Origin: an uncultured Chloroflexia bacterium
Lineage (GTDB): Bacteria > Chloroflexota > Limnocylindria > Limnocylindrales > CSP1-4
Assembly (NCBI GenBank): GCA_963789905.1
Contig: CAWBMK010000001.1
Coordinates: forward strand, 1,218,769-1,282,768
Length of the DNA: 64,000 nucleotides
Direction: 5' to 3'
Of the stretch, positions 46,418 through 55,858 are shown in pieces. Under the pieces are notes generated by a model. It was not told the origin of the DNA and searched no databases. It saw only the letters and a list, made by a program, of their open reading frames with translations. The position numbers and the translations under genes were made by a program. The stretch's first letter is position 1. Each line of letters begins with the position of its first letter.

Positions 46418-49400
46418 CTACGCCCTCGCGACGAGGCCCAGACGCACCGCGACCATGGCCGCCTCGACCCGTCCCGAGGCGCCGAGCTTGGCCAGGATGT
46501 TGCCGACATGGACGCCGACCGTCTTCTGACTGATGTAGAGCCGTTCGCCGATCTCGCGGTTCGTTCGGCCCTGCGCCACGAGGGCAAGCACCTCCCGCTC
46601 CCGGGATGACAGGGCGAACGGGTCCTTCTTCGTCGGGACCTCGGCCGTAAAGGCGTCGCCGATCGCATCCGCGTCGCCATTGCCATGGATTTGGATCGCG
46701 ACATACTGCCGGCCGTCCTCGTCCGCGGGCTCCGTCTGCGTCTCGACGGCGATCATGGCCCTCGCGGCCAGCTCGAGCAGCTCGCGTCGGAGCGGACGCG
46801 CGTCGAGCCGCTCGGCGATCTCGAGCGCCTCGGCGAGGCTCCGCCGCGCCAACCGCCGACCCTCCCGCGCCTCTGTCGAGGCCAGGATTGCCTCGGCCTG
46901 ACGCCAGCGGGCCTTGGCGACCTGGTAGACGGCACCGAGCTCGGCCCACATCCTCGCGACGCGATCCCACGCCTCCGGGCTGTCCGAACCGTCGAGCCGG
47001 CGGTAGTAGGCCTGCGCGGTCGCGATGTTTGCCTCGGCCTCGCGGCGCGACGGCGCTGTCGCACGAAGACCGACCGCGGACATCGCGCGCTCCGCCTCGC
47101 CAACGACCGCTCGTGCGGTCTCGCGCGCGGCCGCCAGCTCGACGAGGTCGCGCCTGTCGTGCGCGTCTGCCACCCGGGCGGAGGCGACCTCAAGGGCTGA
47201 ATGGGCCAGCCGGCAGATGTTGACCCAGTCCTCGGCCAGTCGAACGATGTCCCACCCGAGCTCGATTGCCCGCGAGGCGTCGCCCACGTCTCCGCGCCAG
47301 AGTGCGAACGAGGCCGAGGCCCTGCTGGCGCTGAGGAGAGATTGTGGGTCGGGCGTTGCCCGGAGCTCGATCAACAGACGACCGAGCAATCGTGCGGTCT
47401 GCTCGTCGGACCGGGATTCGACCTCCACCACGGCAAGGCCGATCGCGGAATCCATGTAGGCCTCGGGACTGACGCTCCATTCCAAGGCGGTGACGGCCAT
47501 ATGCCGGGCCTCGTCCCAGCTCCCCGTCTGAAAGAGAGACTCGGCAACGTTTCCCCGAAGAGCATTGCCGTGCGCCGTCTCGAGACCGTCGAGACGCGTC
47601 TGTTCCACGCCAGCCACCGCGGTGGCGATCGCATCGGCGCGCCGACCGATGATCTCGAGGGCTGTCGTCAGGTTCGCCGTCGCCCGGAACCTGTCGTCGA
47701 GCTGTCCGAGCTCCTCGGCGATGGCGCGTGCCTCCTCGAGCAATGGGATGGACTCGTCTGGCTCGGTGCCCCACGCGTGCGCGATGCCGAGGGTGCAGAG
47801 GGCGTGTCCTTCTTCTCGTCTTGCGGATGGACCGACCGCCCGGGCGGTCGTGATCGCGTCCCGCGCCGTCCGCTCGCCTTCGGCAAACCAGCCATCGAGC
47901 ATGAGCGACTGGGCAAGGGTGGCAAGAACGACTGCGCGTTCGCGGGTGCGCCCACGCGGCACGAGCTCGACAGCTCGTCGGTGAGCGGCAAGTCCGGCGG
48001 CGTGCTCACCCAGGACGCGTCGATACCGCCCGATTCGCTCGAGGAGCAGGCCGACCTCGACCCGATCGGTCTTCTCGTCGTACCGGGCGACGGCGTTGTC
48101 GAGGTAGGCGACGGCTCTCGCCGGGGCACCCGAGGCGAACGCGACGTCGCCGGCCCGAGCGAGAAGTCGAGCGCCCTCGCTCCAGTCGCCCTTGGCCCCG
48201 CGTCGCTCGGTCGCACCGAGCTCCATCGCCAGCTCGAGGGCCGCCAGGGCATCTGCAGGCGCGCCGGCCGCGTCGGCCACATCGGCGGCCCGAAGCGCGG
48301 CCGCCCGGGCTCGTGCCGGGTCGTGCGCCGACAGCCGATGTTGGGCGGCCGCACCCGGACGATCGGCCATGGCCGTGGCCAGTGCAACGTGGACTCGTCG
48401 ACGATGCTCGGGCAGGAGGTCCGCCAACAGCGCTCTGCCGATCCGATCATGACGGATCGCGTAGCCATCCTCCCGCTCGACGACGAGGCCGACCTCCATT
48501 GCCTCAGCCAGACCCGCCGACAGGTCGGCGTCGAGCCCGCCGTGGCCTCGGCGCGGACCGCTCGCCGATCGTGGAGCGACACCGCGAGCCGTCGACTCGT
48601 AGGCGGCAGAGGTCGAAGCGAGCTCTGCCGCGGTCAACGGAGCCTCTGCCGGCGCCAGCAGGCGAAGGACGCGACGACACTCCGGCCCGAGGAGAGCCAC
48701 CCGAGCGGCGACGAGATCGTCGAGCGTGCCGCCTGGCGCGACTCCCTCACGTGCACGTCGAGTCGCCAGGACCTCCTCGGCGACGAGAGGGTTGCCGCCC
48801 GATCTCTCGAAGGCCAGGAGCAACAACGATGCCGACGGACGTGCCCCCTCGACGCCCTCGATGATGTCCGCCAACTCGTCGCGCCCAAGTGGCCCGAGCT
48901 CGATATGTGTCGGAGCGGTCATCGCGTCATCGATCGCGGCCAGGTCGGCCATGAGCGGGTGGACCGGGGTCAGCTCGTCCGGCTGGTACGTCAGGATCGT
49001 CAGGAGACGACCCGGACGTCGGACGCGGGCAACGAACCTCGCCAGAGCCCGCGTACCGGCATCGGCATTGTGAAGGTCCTCCAGGGCGAGGATGATCGGG
49101 CGTCGTTCGGCAAGCCTGTGGAGGAACGAGAGGACAGACTCGAAGAGCCGCGCCTGCCGATGCTCGGGCGCGAGGATGGGCGTCCGCCCGATCTCGCCGA
49201 GGCGAGGAGCGATCGCCGGCAGGAGATGCGCGATGGCATCGGCGCCGACCTCGACGGACGATCGGAGCTCCTCGTCGTCGATCTCATCGCAGAGGTGTCC
49301 GAGCGCATCAGCCAAGGGCCGATACGGCTCCCCTGCCCGACCGGCGTATGCGCGGCAGCGTACGACGCGGAAGGGCTCCGCAAGAGCGAGGACGCGACGC

Positions 49401-49558
49401 TCGGTCTCGTCGATGAGTCGGGTCACGCCGATGCCGCCTGGGCCTGTCAGGAGGATCGTCTGCGGGCTACCGGCCGTCGCATCGCGAAGGGCCACCGCAA
49501 GCGTCTGCAGCTCCTGACGTCGGCCCACGAAGCGCGCGCTCGACGTCGTGGCGGGCAT
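46418..49558 (-). CDS. LAL-type regulator: N-terminal AAA/STAND ATPase, TPR-like middle, C-terminal LuxR HTH
   Basis: ORF 46418..49657. Probable ATG 49558 (MPATTSSARFVGRRQELQTL...). Walker A TILLTGPGGIGVT. C-terminal LuxR HTH SSREREVLALVAQGRTNREIGERLYISQKTVGVHVGNILAKLG. Confidence 0.85.
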   Translation of the reverse strand: MPATTSSARFVGRRQELQTLAVALRDATAGSPQTILLTGPGGIGVTRLIDETERRVLALAEPFRVVRCRAYAGRAGEPYRPLADALGHLCDEIDDEELRSSVEVGADAIAHLLPAIAPRLGEIGRTPILAPEHRQARLFESVLSFLHRLAERRPIILALEDLHNADAGTRALARFVARVRRPGRLLTILTYQPDELTPVHPLMADLAAIDDAMTAPTHIELGPLGRDELADIIEGVEGARPSASLLLLAFERSGGNPLVAEEVLATRRAREGVAPGGTLDDLVAARVALLGPECRRVLRLLAPAEAPLTAAELASTSAAYESTARGVAPRSASGPRRGHGGLDADLSAGLAEAMEVGLVVEREDGYAIRHDRIGRALLADLLPEHRRRVHVALATAMADRPGAAAQHRLSAHDPARARAAALRAADVADAAGAPADALAALELAMELGATERRGAKGDWSEGARLLARAGDVAFASGAPARAVAYLDNAVARYDEKTDRVEVGLLLERIGRYRRVLGEHAAGLAAHRRAVELVPRGRTRERAVVLATLAQSLMLDGWFAEGERTARDAITTARAVGPSARREEGHALCTLGIAHAWGTEPDESIPLLEEARAIAEELGQLDDRFRATANLTTALEIIGRRADAIATAVAGVEQTRLDGLETAHGNALRGNVAESLFQTGSWDEARHMAVTALEWSVSPEAYMDSAIGLAVVEVESRSDEQTARLLGRLLIELRATPDPQSLLSASRASASFALWRGDVGDASRAIELGWDIVRLAEDWVNICRLAHSALEVASARVADAHDRRDLVELAAARETARAVVGEAERAMSAVGLRATAPSRREAEANIATAQAYYRRLDGSDSPEAWDRVARMWAELGAVYQVAKARWRQAEAILASTEAREGRRLARRSLAEALEIAERLDARPLRRELLELAARAMIAVETQTEPADEDGRQYVAIQIHGNGDADAIGDAFTAEVPTKKDPFALSSREREVLALVAQGRTNREIGERLYISQKTVGVHVGNILAKLGASGRVEAAMVAVRLGLVARA

Positions 49559-49605
49559 GGCCGAATTGTAGGCACCGCCGCCGGCTCGCCGGTTACTCTC
49601 AGACC

Positions 49606-50580
49606 GTGCCACGAGCATCGAGCCCCACCGACGACACGCGCGCGCCTGTTCACCCATCGAACGGCCTGAACGAGCTGACCGGCGAAGAGTGGCTGTACTT
49701 CACCAAGTCCCTCTGGTCGACGGCCTATCCGTCTGAGCTCGGGCACGACGTCAGGCGGGCGCACGGCGCAAACAAGCCACCGCGGCTCATGGCCCGCCTG
49801 ATCGAGTTCTTCACGACCACCGGCGAGCTTGTTCTCGATCCATTCGCCGGGGTCGGTGGAACCCTTCTCGGGGCGGCGATCGCCCGGGGCCCACGCAGGG
49901 CCATCGGGATCGAGCTTGACCAACGGTGGAGCGATGTCTATGACCGCGTCGTCGTCGATGCGATCGAATGGCGCGATGGCGGCGGCACCCTGTCCGACCT
50001 CGGCACGACAGATCCGGGCGGGCCCCGCGGATTCGACCCGTCCGGTTGCCAGATGGTCGTCGGCGATGCCCTGACCGTGCTGCCGACCCTGGCCGACGAA
50101 AGCGTCGACTTCGTGGCGACCGATCCGCCGTACAACATCCAGCTCTCGATGACGATGTCGGGCGGTCGCCTTGCCGAACGTTTCGCGAATCGCCGGACGG
50201 ACTACGCGATGATCGGCGACGACCCGGCCGACCTGGCGAATCGGGGCGACTACTCCACCTATCTCGATGCGATGGGCGAGGTGATGGACGAGCTGGCTCG
50301 CGTGCTTCGTGTCGGCCGCTACGCCACCGTCATTGTCCGCGACGCCTACCAGGCCGGGCGGTACGTGTTCACAGCCTCAGATCTCGCCGAGCGGGCAACT
50401 CGGGCGGGCCTCACCCCCAAGGGCGATGTCATCTGGTACCAGGCGGGATCACGTCTGCGGCCGTACGGCTACCCGAAGGTGTTCGTGCCGAACATCGTCC
50501 ACCAGCACATCCTCATCCTTCGACGCGAGCGAGGATCGGCCGCTCCGAGGTCTGCCGAACGGGATTCGGCGGGCGGCTAG
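49606..50580 (+). CDS. DNA methyltransferase (N6-adenine/N4-cytosine, DPPY class)
   Basis: ORF 49606..50580 (GTG). AdoMet motif I (KPPRLMARLIEFFTTTGELVLDPFAGVGGT) and catalytic motif IV (VDFVATDPPYN). No adjacent restriction endonuclease recognisable. Confidence 0.8.
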   Translation: MPRASSPTDDTRAPVHPSNGLNELTGEEWLYFTKSLWSTAYPSELGHDVRRAHGANKPPRLMARLIEFFTTTGELVLDPFAGVGGTLLGAAIARGPRRAIGIELDQRWSDVYDRVVVDAIEWRDGGGTLSDLGTTDPGGPRGFDPSGCQMVVGDALTVLPTLADESVDFVATDPPYNIQLSMTMSGGRLAERFANRRTDYAMIGDDPADLANRGDYSTYLDAMGEVMDELARVLRVGRYATVIVRDAYQAGRYVFTASDLAERATRAGLTPKGDVIWYQAGSRLRPYGYPKVFVPNIVHQHILILRRERGSAAPRSAERDSAGG

Positions 50581-52376
50581 TTCGCGGCGCGCCGACCAAG
50601 GAACGCAGCGAGGACGTCGCCGTCGAGTTCGTCGTTGCTCGGAGCGCTCGCCGCAGGATGGCCCAGGCCGTCCGACTCGACGATATCTCCAAGCGTCATC
50701 CGATGGATCCAGCCCTGCTGGCCATTGGCGCAGTGCACGAGCCAATACGCTCCAGCCTGAGCGACGAGCTGGACTTCGTCACCTTCGTCGAGGTATCCGA
50801 TCTCACCGGCCCTGAGCTCGTCGGGGCCGTCGAGGAGGCGAACGAGGCGGTAGCGGATGCGGCGCCGCTCAAGCCCGTCGACTGCGGCGACACCGCCGGC
50901 CACCGACACGACTGCCGATCGGGCAGCCGTTGGGCCGCCGGTGAACGTCATTGCCACATGCACCTGTTCCGATCGGGAGGGATCGGCTTTGCGTGCCTCC
51001 TGGAGGGAGGGGCGCCGCCATCGAGGAAGATGACCCTCCGGATCGTCGGACTGCGGGGTCGGCCAGCTGGGGCCGCCGTCGATTCCGGCTGCGCCGACCG
51101 CGGGCACCAGGGTGGCGGTGGCGAACGAGCCGGCTCGGGCAGAGCGAGCTTCGAGCACCTCGTCTGGGTCGGTCGGATCTCCATCGCGACGGCGCTTTGC
51201 GAAGAAACCGAAGGCGAACGTCATCACGACGGCGCCGGTCGTGGTCACCGTGACCGACAACACGCGGACGTATGGGGGAATGTCGGGACCGCTCAGCTCG
51301 ATCGGGAGGCTCGCCGATGCGATCTCCTTTGGCCACGGGCGGATGGCACCCCGGCCGTACGAGAGAAGCGAGCTTGTGCCCTCGACTCCGGCTCCGGACG
51401 GGGGGCCAGGTGGGTCGCCGATCACCGCCTCGTCCTCGAAGCCAAGCGAGTCGAGGGATGTCGATCCTTCGGATGACGCTGACCCTGCGGCGGATCGATC
51501 GGAGGCCCCGCTCGGTCCTGTATCAGCGGTGCCGGGATTCTCACCGGAACCGCCACCGGCGCTCGCGCCGCCGGCCGAGCCGACATGGCTTCCGCCGCTT
51601 GTCGCGCCCCCATGGCTCTGGCCGCCCGTCGCGCTTCCATGGGTCGTCCCGCTGACTGTGCCGGAGCCACCCGTCCCGGCGCCAGCACCGGAGCCACTGC
51701 CGCTGTCGGACGGGCTTGCTGGGGATCCATCGCTCGAGCCTCCGGCGCCGCCGCTCGATCCTGACCCGCCGGCGTCGGAACCCGTGCCACCGCCCGGCGC
51801 AACCGATCCCGGCTCGTCGCTTGGGGTGCCGGCCCCGCCCGAGCCTTGATCGGTAGCAGAGCCCGGACCTGCTCCTGAGCCCTCCTCCCCGGTCCCCGAC
51901 CCCGTTCCACTCGAGGCCGGGGCGGCCTTGACGGTCAGCCGACGACCACTCAGCTTGGCCGCGTCATCGCCGGATGTTGCATGGAAGATCGCCCGGTGCC
52001 GGCCGACCGGAAGATCGGAGATGACGACCGCAAACCTGACACCGTCCGCCCACGGTCCTTCTCCTCCCTGCATCGGGTATTCGTGACCGGCGACGTCGAC
52101 CCATACCGCGTCAGGGGCCGCGCCGGTGAGGTTCCGGTACCGCACCTCAAAGGAGATCGGATCGCCGACGGTGGCGGTCGCCGGGCCGACCTTCGGCTGG
52201 GACAGGCGGATCGGATCATGGTGGGCGCCGACCGGGGCAGCCGCCATCAGCAGCGCCATCAAGGCGACCGCCAGGGCCGCGGTGAGCGCACGAGCCGGCG
52301 CTCGACCAGTTGCGGGCAAAACCACGCGGATGAGTCCTCCGCTCCGGGCAATAGGCGCCCGTCGCGAGTTGAGCAT
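50577..52376 (-). CDS. single-pass membrane protein: secreted Ig-like/CopC-like domain, about 170-aa Gly/Ser-rich linker, TM, cytoplasmic SH3-like domain
   Basis: ORF 50577..52637. Start about ATG 52376 (signal peptide ...ALAVALMALLMAAAPVGA/HHDP). Low-complexity linker 51440-51900. TM VLSVTVTTTGAVVMTFAFGFFAKRRR. C-terminal GYLDEGDEVQLVAQAGAYWLVHCANGQQGWIHRMTL (SH3b-like). Confidence 0.55.
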   Translation of the reverse strand: MLNSRRAPIARSGGLIRVVLPATGRAPARALTAALAVALMALLMAAAPVGAHHDPIRLSQPKVGPATATVGDPISFEVRYRNLTGAAPDAVWVDVAGHEYPMQGGEGPWADGVRFAVVISDLPVGRHRAIFHATSGDDAAKLSGRRLTVKAAPASSGTGSGTGEEGSGAGPGSATDQGSGGAGTPSDEPGSVAPGGGTGSDAGGSGSSGGAGGSSDGSPASPSDSGSGSGAGAGTGGSGTVSGTTHGSATGGQSHGGATSGGSHVGSAGGASAGGGSGENPGTADTGPSGASDRSAAGSASSEGSTSLDSLGFEDEAVIGDPPGPPSGAGVEGTSSLLSYGRGAIRPWPKEIASASLPIELSGPDIPPYVRVLSVTVTTTGAVVMTFAFGFFAKRRRDGDPTDPDEVLEARSARAGSFATATLVPAVGAAGIDGGPSWPTPQSDDPEGHLPRWRRPSLQEARKADPSRSEQVHVAMTFTGGPTAARSAVVSVAGGVAAVDGLERRRIRYRLVRLLDGPDELRAGEIGYLDEGDEVQLVAQAGAYWLVHCANGQQGWIHRMTLGDIVESDGLGHPAASAPSNDELDGDVLAAFLGRRAAN

Positions 52377-52626
52377 CGGTGGAGGCCGTGGCGGCCAGCA
52401 ATGGTACGGGGGTCCGGGCGGTGGCCGGACCCACGGTTCCTTCGTGAGGGCATGGCCGGACGAGCGGGCCGTGGCGTCCAACAAGGTGGTGCGTCCGGTC
52501 CACGGGCCGGGGTTTGGTCCGATGCAGTCCGGTGCACTCGACGTCCCAGGAATGACCCGGACGGATGGCCGCACATGGGAGGGGAAGGGCATACCCGTCG
52601 TGGCTCGTGCGATCCACCATCCTTGC

Positions 52627-53382
52627 ATGCAGGTCATTCCAGCGGTACGCGCGCGCGGTCAGCGGCGCCCGCTCCCATCGATCGCGCTCGGAATGACTGT
52701 GGGTATCGTGCTCCTCGTCGGTGGCCTCATCGTCGCCTACCTGTCGCTCACAAGCGGCGTCATCGGGCGGTTCCTTGGGGCCACCCGACCGAGCAGCGCC
52801 GAGCTGGCGACCGGTGCGTTCGTCTGGGCCATCACCCTCGTCGCCCCACTCGTCTTCATCGGCGTCGGTTCGCTGCGCATCGTCTCGTCGATGACCGATC
52901 TCGGCGGACGTCGCCGACGGCTTGGCAGGGTGGCCAGCCTCGATGCCGCGGCGGCCGGCGACATCACCGTCGCCCCGGTCGTGATCCTGCCGGACGGACG
53001 TCGCGTCGGCGAACTGGTCATCGGCCGATTCGGGGCGGCCGTCGTCGCCGAACTCCCTCCCCGCGGGGCTACGCGAGTCCGGCATGGCCACTGGGAGGTT
53101 CGGGTGGCTGACGGTCGATGGCTGCCCATCGAGAACGCCCTCGACCGAGTCGCTCGGGATGCCGATCGCGTCCGGCGCTGGCTCAGCGATGCCGACGCCG
53201 ACCACCTGGTGAAGGTCTACGCCGCCGTCCTATCCGATGACCGGTCGATCCAGCGGACGTCGACCTGCGCCGTCATCTCCCCGGATCAGATCGGCGACTG
53301 GCTAGCAGCCCTCCCTCCGCAACGAGGGCTCTCCGGAGCTCGCATCGATCGTCTCGTAGAGGCCGTTCGAGCTGCAGCCTGA
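52627..53382 (+). CDS. membrane-anchored NERD (nuclease-related domain) protein
   Basis: ATG 52627 within ORF 52126..53382. Two TM helices then ITVAPVVILPDGRRVGELVIGRFGAAVVAELPP...GHWEVR, resembling NERD. Divergent from the SH3 protein gene. Confidence 0.5.
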   Translation: MQVIPAVRARGQRRPLPSIALGMTVGIVLLVGGLIVAYLSLTSGVIGRFLGATRPSSAELATGAFVWAITLVAPLVFIGVGSLRIVSSMTDLGGRRRRLGRVASLDAAAAGDITVAPVVILPDGRRVGELVIGRFGAAVVAELPPRGATRVRHGHWEVRVADGRWLPIENALDRVARDADRVRRWLSDADADHLVKVYAAVLSDDRSIQRTSTCAVISPDQIGDWLAALPPQRGLSGARIDRLVEAVRAAA

Positions 53383-53472
53383 CGGTCGTCGCATCGGACC
53401 ACGATCGCCGAGCGCTACACGAGCGGGTGGACTGGTGTCGAATTCGAGCCACCGACGTTAGGATGGGCCCAC

Positions 53473-54405
53473 GTGCCGCGATACGACTACCCTGACGTCT
53501 CCCTTGCGGTCATCCAACCTCTGACCGAGGAGCAGCTAGCTGCGCAGCGGGCCCGCAACGGCGAGAAGGTCCGACTGGTACACGGACGATATTGGCGAGA
53601 GACGCTGCGTGGTTTCTTCGAGCCGATCCACTGGCTCGCGCGCCTGGCGCCGGATGAAGCCACCCGTCCGGCGCTCGGCTGGGGCTTCCGCGCGGTTCTC
53701 GACGAGAAACACGCCGCCACCGCCACCGCAAGCCTCCCGCTCCACCTGATCGGCGACCTGTCGACATACGAGGAAGCGACGTTGCCGGGCGACGCCCGTC
53801 GAGCCATCCGGAGGCTTGCTCGCCAGGGGGTCCGGATCGTCCACGTTACCGACCCTCGGATCCTCCGGGACCAGGGCTACGACATCCTCCTGGACTGGCG
53901 CCAACGGGTCGGTCGGCCGGGATCGGCACGATCGCGGGACGACTACCTCGCTGAGTTCGACAAGCGCGTGAGCGACCCAGGCTGGCTGACGTTGGCAGCC
54001 ATCGAGGGCGACCGCCTGCTTGGCTATCAGACGGCCTTCGCGGTCGACGACGTCGCCTACCTGCACGAGATCAAGGTCGCGACGACCGCCTTGAGCAGAG
54101 GGCTCACCGCCGTACTCGACTTCGAGACCATGCGGGTCCTCAAAGGGACCGACAGCGTGCGCCGGGCGACGATCGGACTGCACGAACCCGAGAAGCCGAG
54201 CCTGACCGCCTACAAGGTGCGTCATGGGTTTCCCGTCGTCCAGGTACCGGCTCGCGTCTGGATGCTCAAGCCGGCGGAGTTGCTCCTCCGTTGGCGCAGC
54301 CCGATGGCCTACTACCGGCTCACCGGTCGCGGTCTGATGAGCGTGATCGGCTCCGTCGCGGGGAGCCTTCTCTTGGCGGCGCTGGAGACGACGGTGCCAG
54401 CCTGA
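53473..54405 (+). CDS. FemABX-like GNAT-fold protein, paralog copy 3 (subfamily A)
   Basis: ORF 53473..54405 (GTG, preceded by AGGATGGG). MPRYDYPDVSLAVIQPLTEEQLAAQRARNGEKVRLVHGRYWRETLRGFFEPIHWLARL...WLTLAAIEGDRLLGYQTAFAVDDVAYLHEIKVAT...YKVRHGFPVVQVPARVWMLKPAELLL. Confidence 0.7.
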   Translation: MPRYDYPDVSLAVIQPLTEEQLAAQRARNGEKVRLVHGRYWRETLRGFFEPIHWLARLAPDEATRPALGWGFRAVLDEKHAATATASLPLHLIGDLSTYEEATLPGDARRAIRRLARQGVRIVHVTDPRILRDQGYDILLDWRQRVGRPGSARSRDDYLAEFDKRVSDPGWLTLAAIEGDRLLGYQTAFAVDDVAYLHEIKVATTALSRGLTAVLDFETMRVLKGTDSVRRATIGLHEPEKPSLTAYKVRHGFPVVQVPARVWMLKPAELLLRWRSPMAYYRLTGRGLMSVIGSVAGSLLLAALETTVPA

Positions 54406-54539
54406 GGCCTGACAGGTTGGTGGGGGAGGGTTGATTGGAACCGGCGTCGGTCTATAGTTCAGCCGGCCATATCGTGTCGCGAGGCAATCAGCAGAACCGG
54501 AACCAGCCATCTCGATCGACAAGGCAGAGGCGCAAGGTT

Positions 54540-54917
54540 TTGGCCATTCGAGGACCTCTCCAGCGACGCGTGCTAGGTCAGCTCTGGAGCGCCGGCCCGT
54601 CAACGACCGGCGAGATCCGTGCCGCATTGAACGCAACGACATCGCAACAGCTCGCGTACACGACGGTGAACACGATCCTCGGCAGGCTGTGCGATGAAGG
54701 ATTCGTCCACCGAATCCTGGAGGGTCGGCACTACCGATACGAGGCTGCGTTCGACGAGAGCGAGCTCGAATCCGAGATCGGGCGCCGAGATTTGCGCAAG
54801 TTGATCGATCAGCATGGCTCGGCGTCTGTCGCGGGGTTCGCCGCGGATCTCGGGGGGCCAACGAGCGACCTTGCCGTACGTCTGCGTCGCCTTGCCGACG
54901 GGGTTCCGCGGGCGTGA
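54540..54917 (+). CDS. BlaI/MecI/CopY-family (penicillinase repressor) winged-helix regulator
   Basis: ORF 54435..54917. Start tentatively TTG 54540 (AGAGG upstream). PLQRRVLGQLWSAGPSTTGEIRAALNA...LAYTTVNTILGRLCDEGFVHRILEGRHYRYE. Confidence 0.7.
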   Translation: MAIRGPLQRRVLGQLWSAGPSTTGEIRAALNATTSQQLAYTTVNTILGRLCDEGFVHRILEGRHYRYEAAFDESELESEIGRRDLRKLIDQHGSASVAGFAADLGGPTSDLAVRLRRLADGVPRA

Positions 54918-55720
54918 CCGGATCGCTGCGTTCGATCGCCATCGCGCTAGCGGTTCTCATCGGCGCGATCGCCGCCTGCGCGCTGTTCTCATCCGAGGAT
55001 CCGCACTGTTCGAGTGGCCCGGTCCCGGGCGGCGAGCTTGTTGGATGCTCCGAAGCGCCCGAATGGCTGCACCACCAGCCAATGGGCCTTCTCGTCCTGG
55101 CGATCTTGGTCTTTGCCGTCGCGGCTGCCGGTTTCATTCTTCTACAGGCGATCGCGCATCATCGCTCGGCGCGAGGGCTACAACGGCTCGCTCGCCCAGC
55201 GTGGCTCGCGGGCGAGAGCGTCGGCCTTGTGCCTGGACACGGCATCGCATTGGTGGCCGGCCTCCGCCAACCGCGGATCTTCTGCTCCGAGGATCTCGAT
55301 GTGGTGCTGAATGCGGATGAACTCCGGGCAGTGCTCCTTCATGAACGTCACCATCAGTTGACTCATGCCCCGACGCAGCTCGTCGTCCTCTCCGGGTTGG
55401 CCCAGATCGTCGGGCGAATTGGGCGCGGTCGGGTTTGGGTCGATGGGAGACGCGCGCGGATCGAGATCGCCGCTGACGCCCATGCCCTTCGATCCGGCGC
55501 CTCCCGCTCGACCTTGGCCGCTGCACTGCTGAAGCTGGACGGCTTGTCGCCGTCGACGTCGCTTGCGGCCATGGGCACGGCGAGCGAGCTTCGAGTCCGA
55601 GCGCTTCTCGGCGAACCGCCGCCGCCGCCGGACCGATTCTTGTCACAGGCACTCGCGGCGGGAGTCGGCACGGCCTCGATCGTCGCCGTTCTCTGCCTGA
55701 TCCTCTGTGTTGCGTTCTGA
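54914..55720 (+). CDS. M56-family (BlaR1-like) membrane metallopeptidase, short form without extracellular sensor domain
   Basis: ORF 54914..55720. GTG start overlaps BlaI stop (GTGA). TM helices. Zinc motif HExxH (LLHERHHQLTH). 268 aa. Confidence 0.7.
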   Translation: MTGSLRSIAIALAVLIGAIAACALFSSEDPHCSSGPVPGGELVGCSEAPEWLHHQPMGLLVLAILVFAVAAAGFILLQAIAHHRSARGLQRLARPAWLAGESVGLVPGHGIALVAGLRQPRIFCSEDLDVVLNADELRAVLLHERHHQLTHAPTQLVVLSGLAQIVGRIGRGRVWVDGRRARIEIAADAHALRSGASRSTLAAALLKLDGLSPSTSLAAMGTASELRVRALLGEPPPPPDRFLSQALAAGVGTASIVAVLCLILCVAF

Positions 55721-55858
55721 GGCTTAGCCGACTCTCGGGACTCGCCGCCTCCCATTCGACTTCTACACTCGATGTAGTAGACTGGTTGGAACGCCGGGTG
55801 GGTGACGGAGCGCCGGCGCGAAACACGTCCCGCCGCAGCGTCGCTGCAAGAGGCATAC

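Noticed and set aside
46418-49558. Large ATPase as an anti-phage STAND (Avs-like) NTPase
   Set aside because: It has a C-terminal LuxR-type HTH and no nuclease, protease or other effector domain. This is the classic MalT/LAL regulator architecture.
51440-51900. Highly repetitive Gly/Ser/Ala/Thr-rich DNA that looks like a tandem repeat or CRISPR-like array at first glance
   Set aside because: It is in frame within the 50577..52376 protein and encodes a low-complexity linker. No regular repeat-spacer periodicity.
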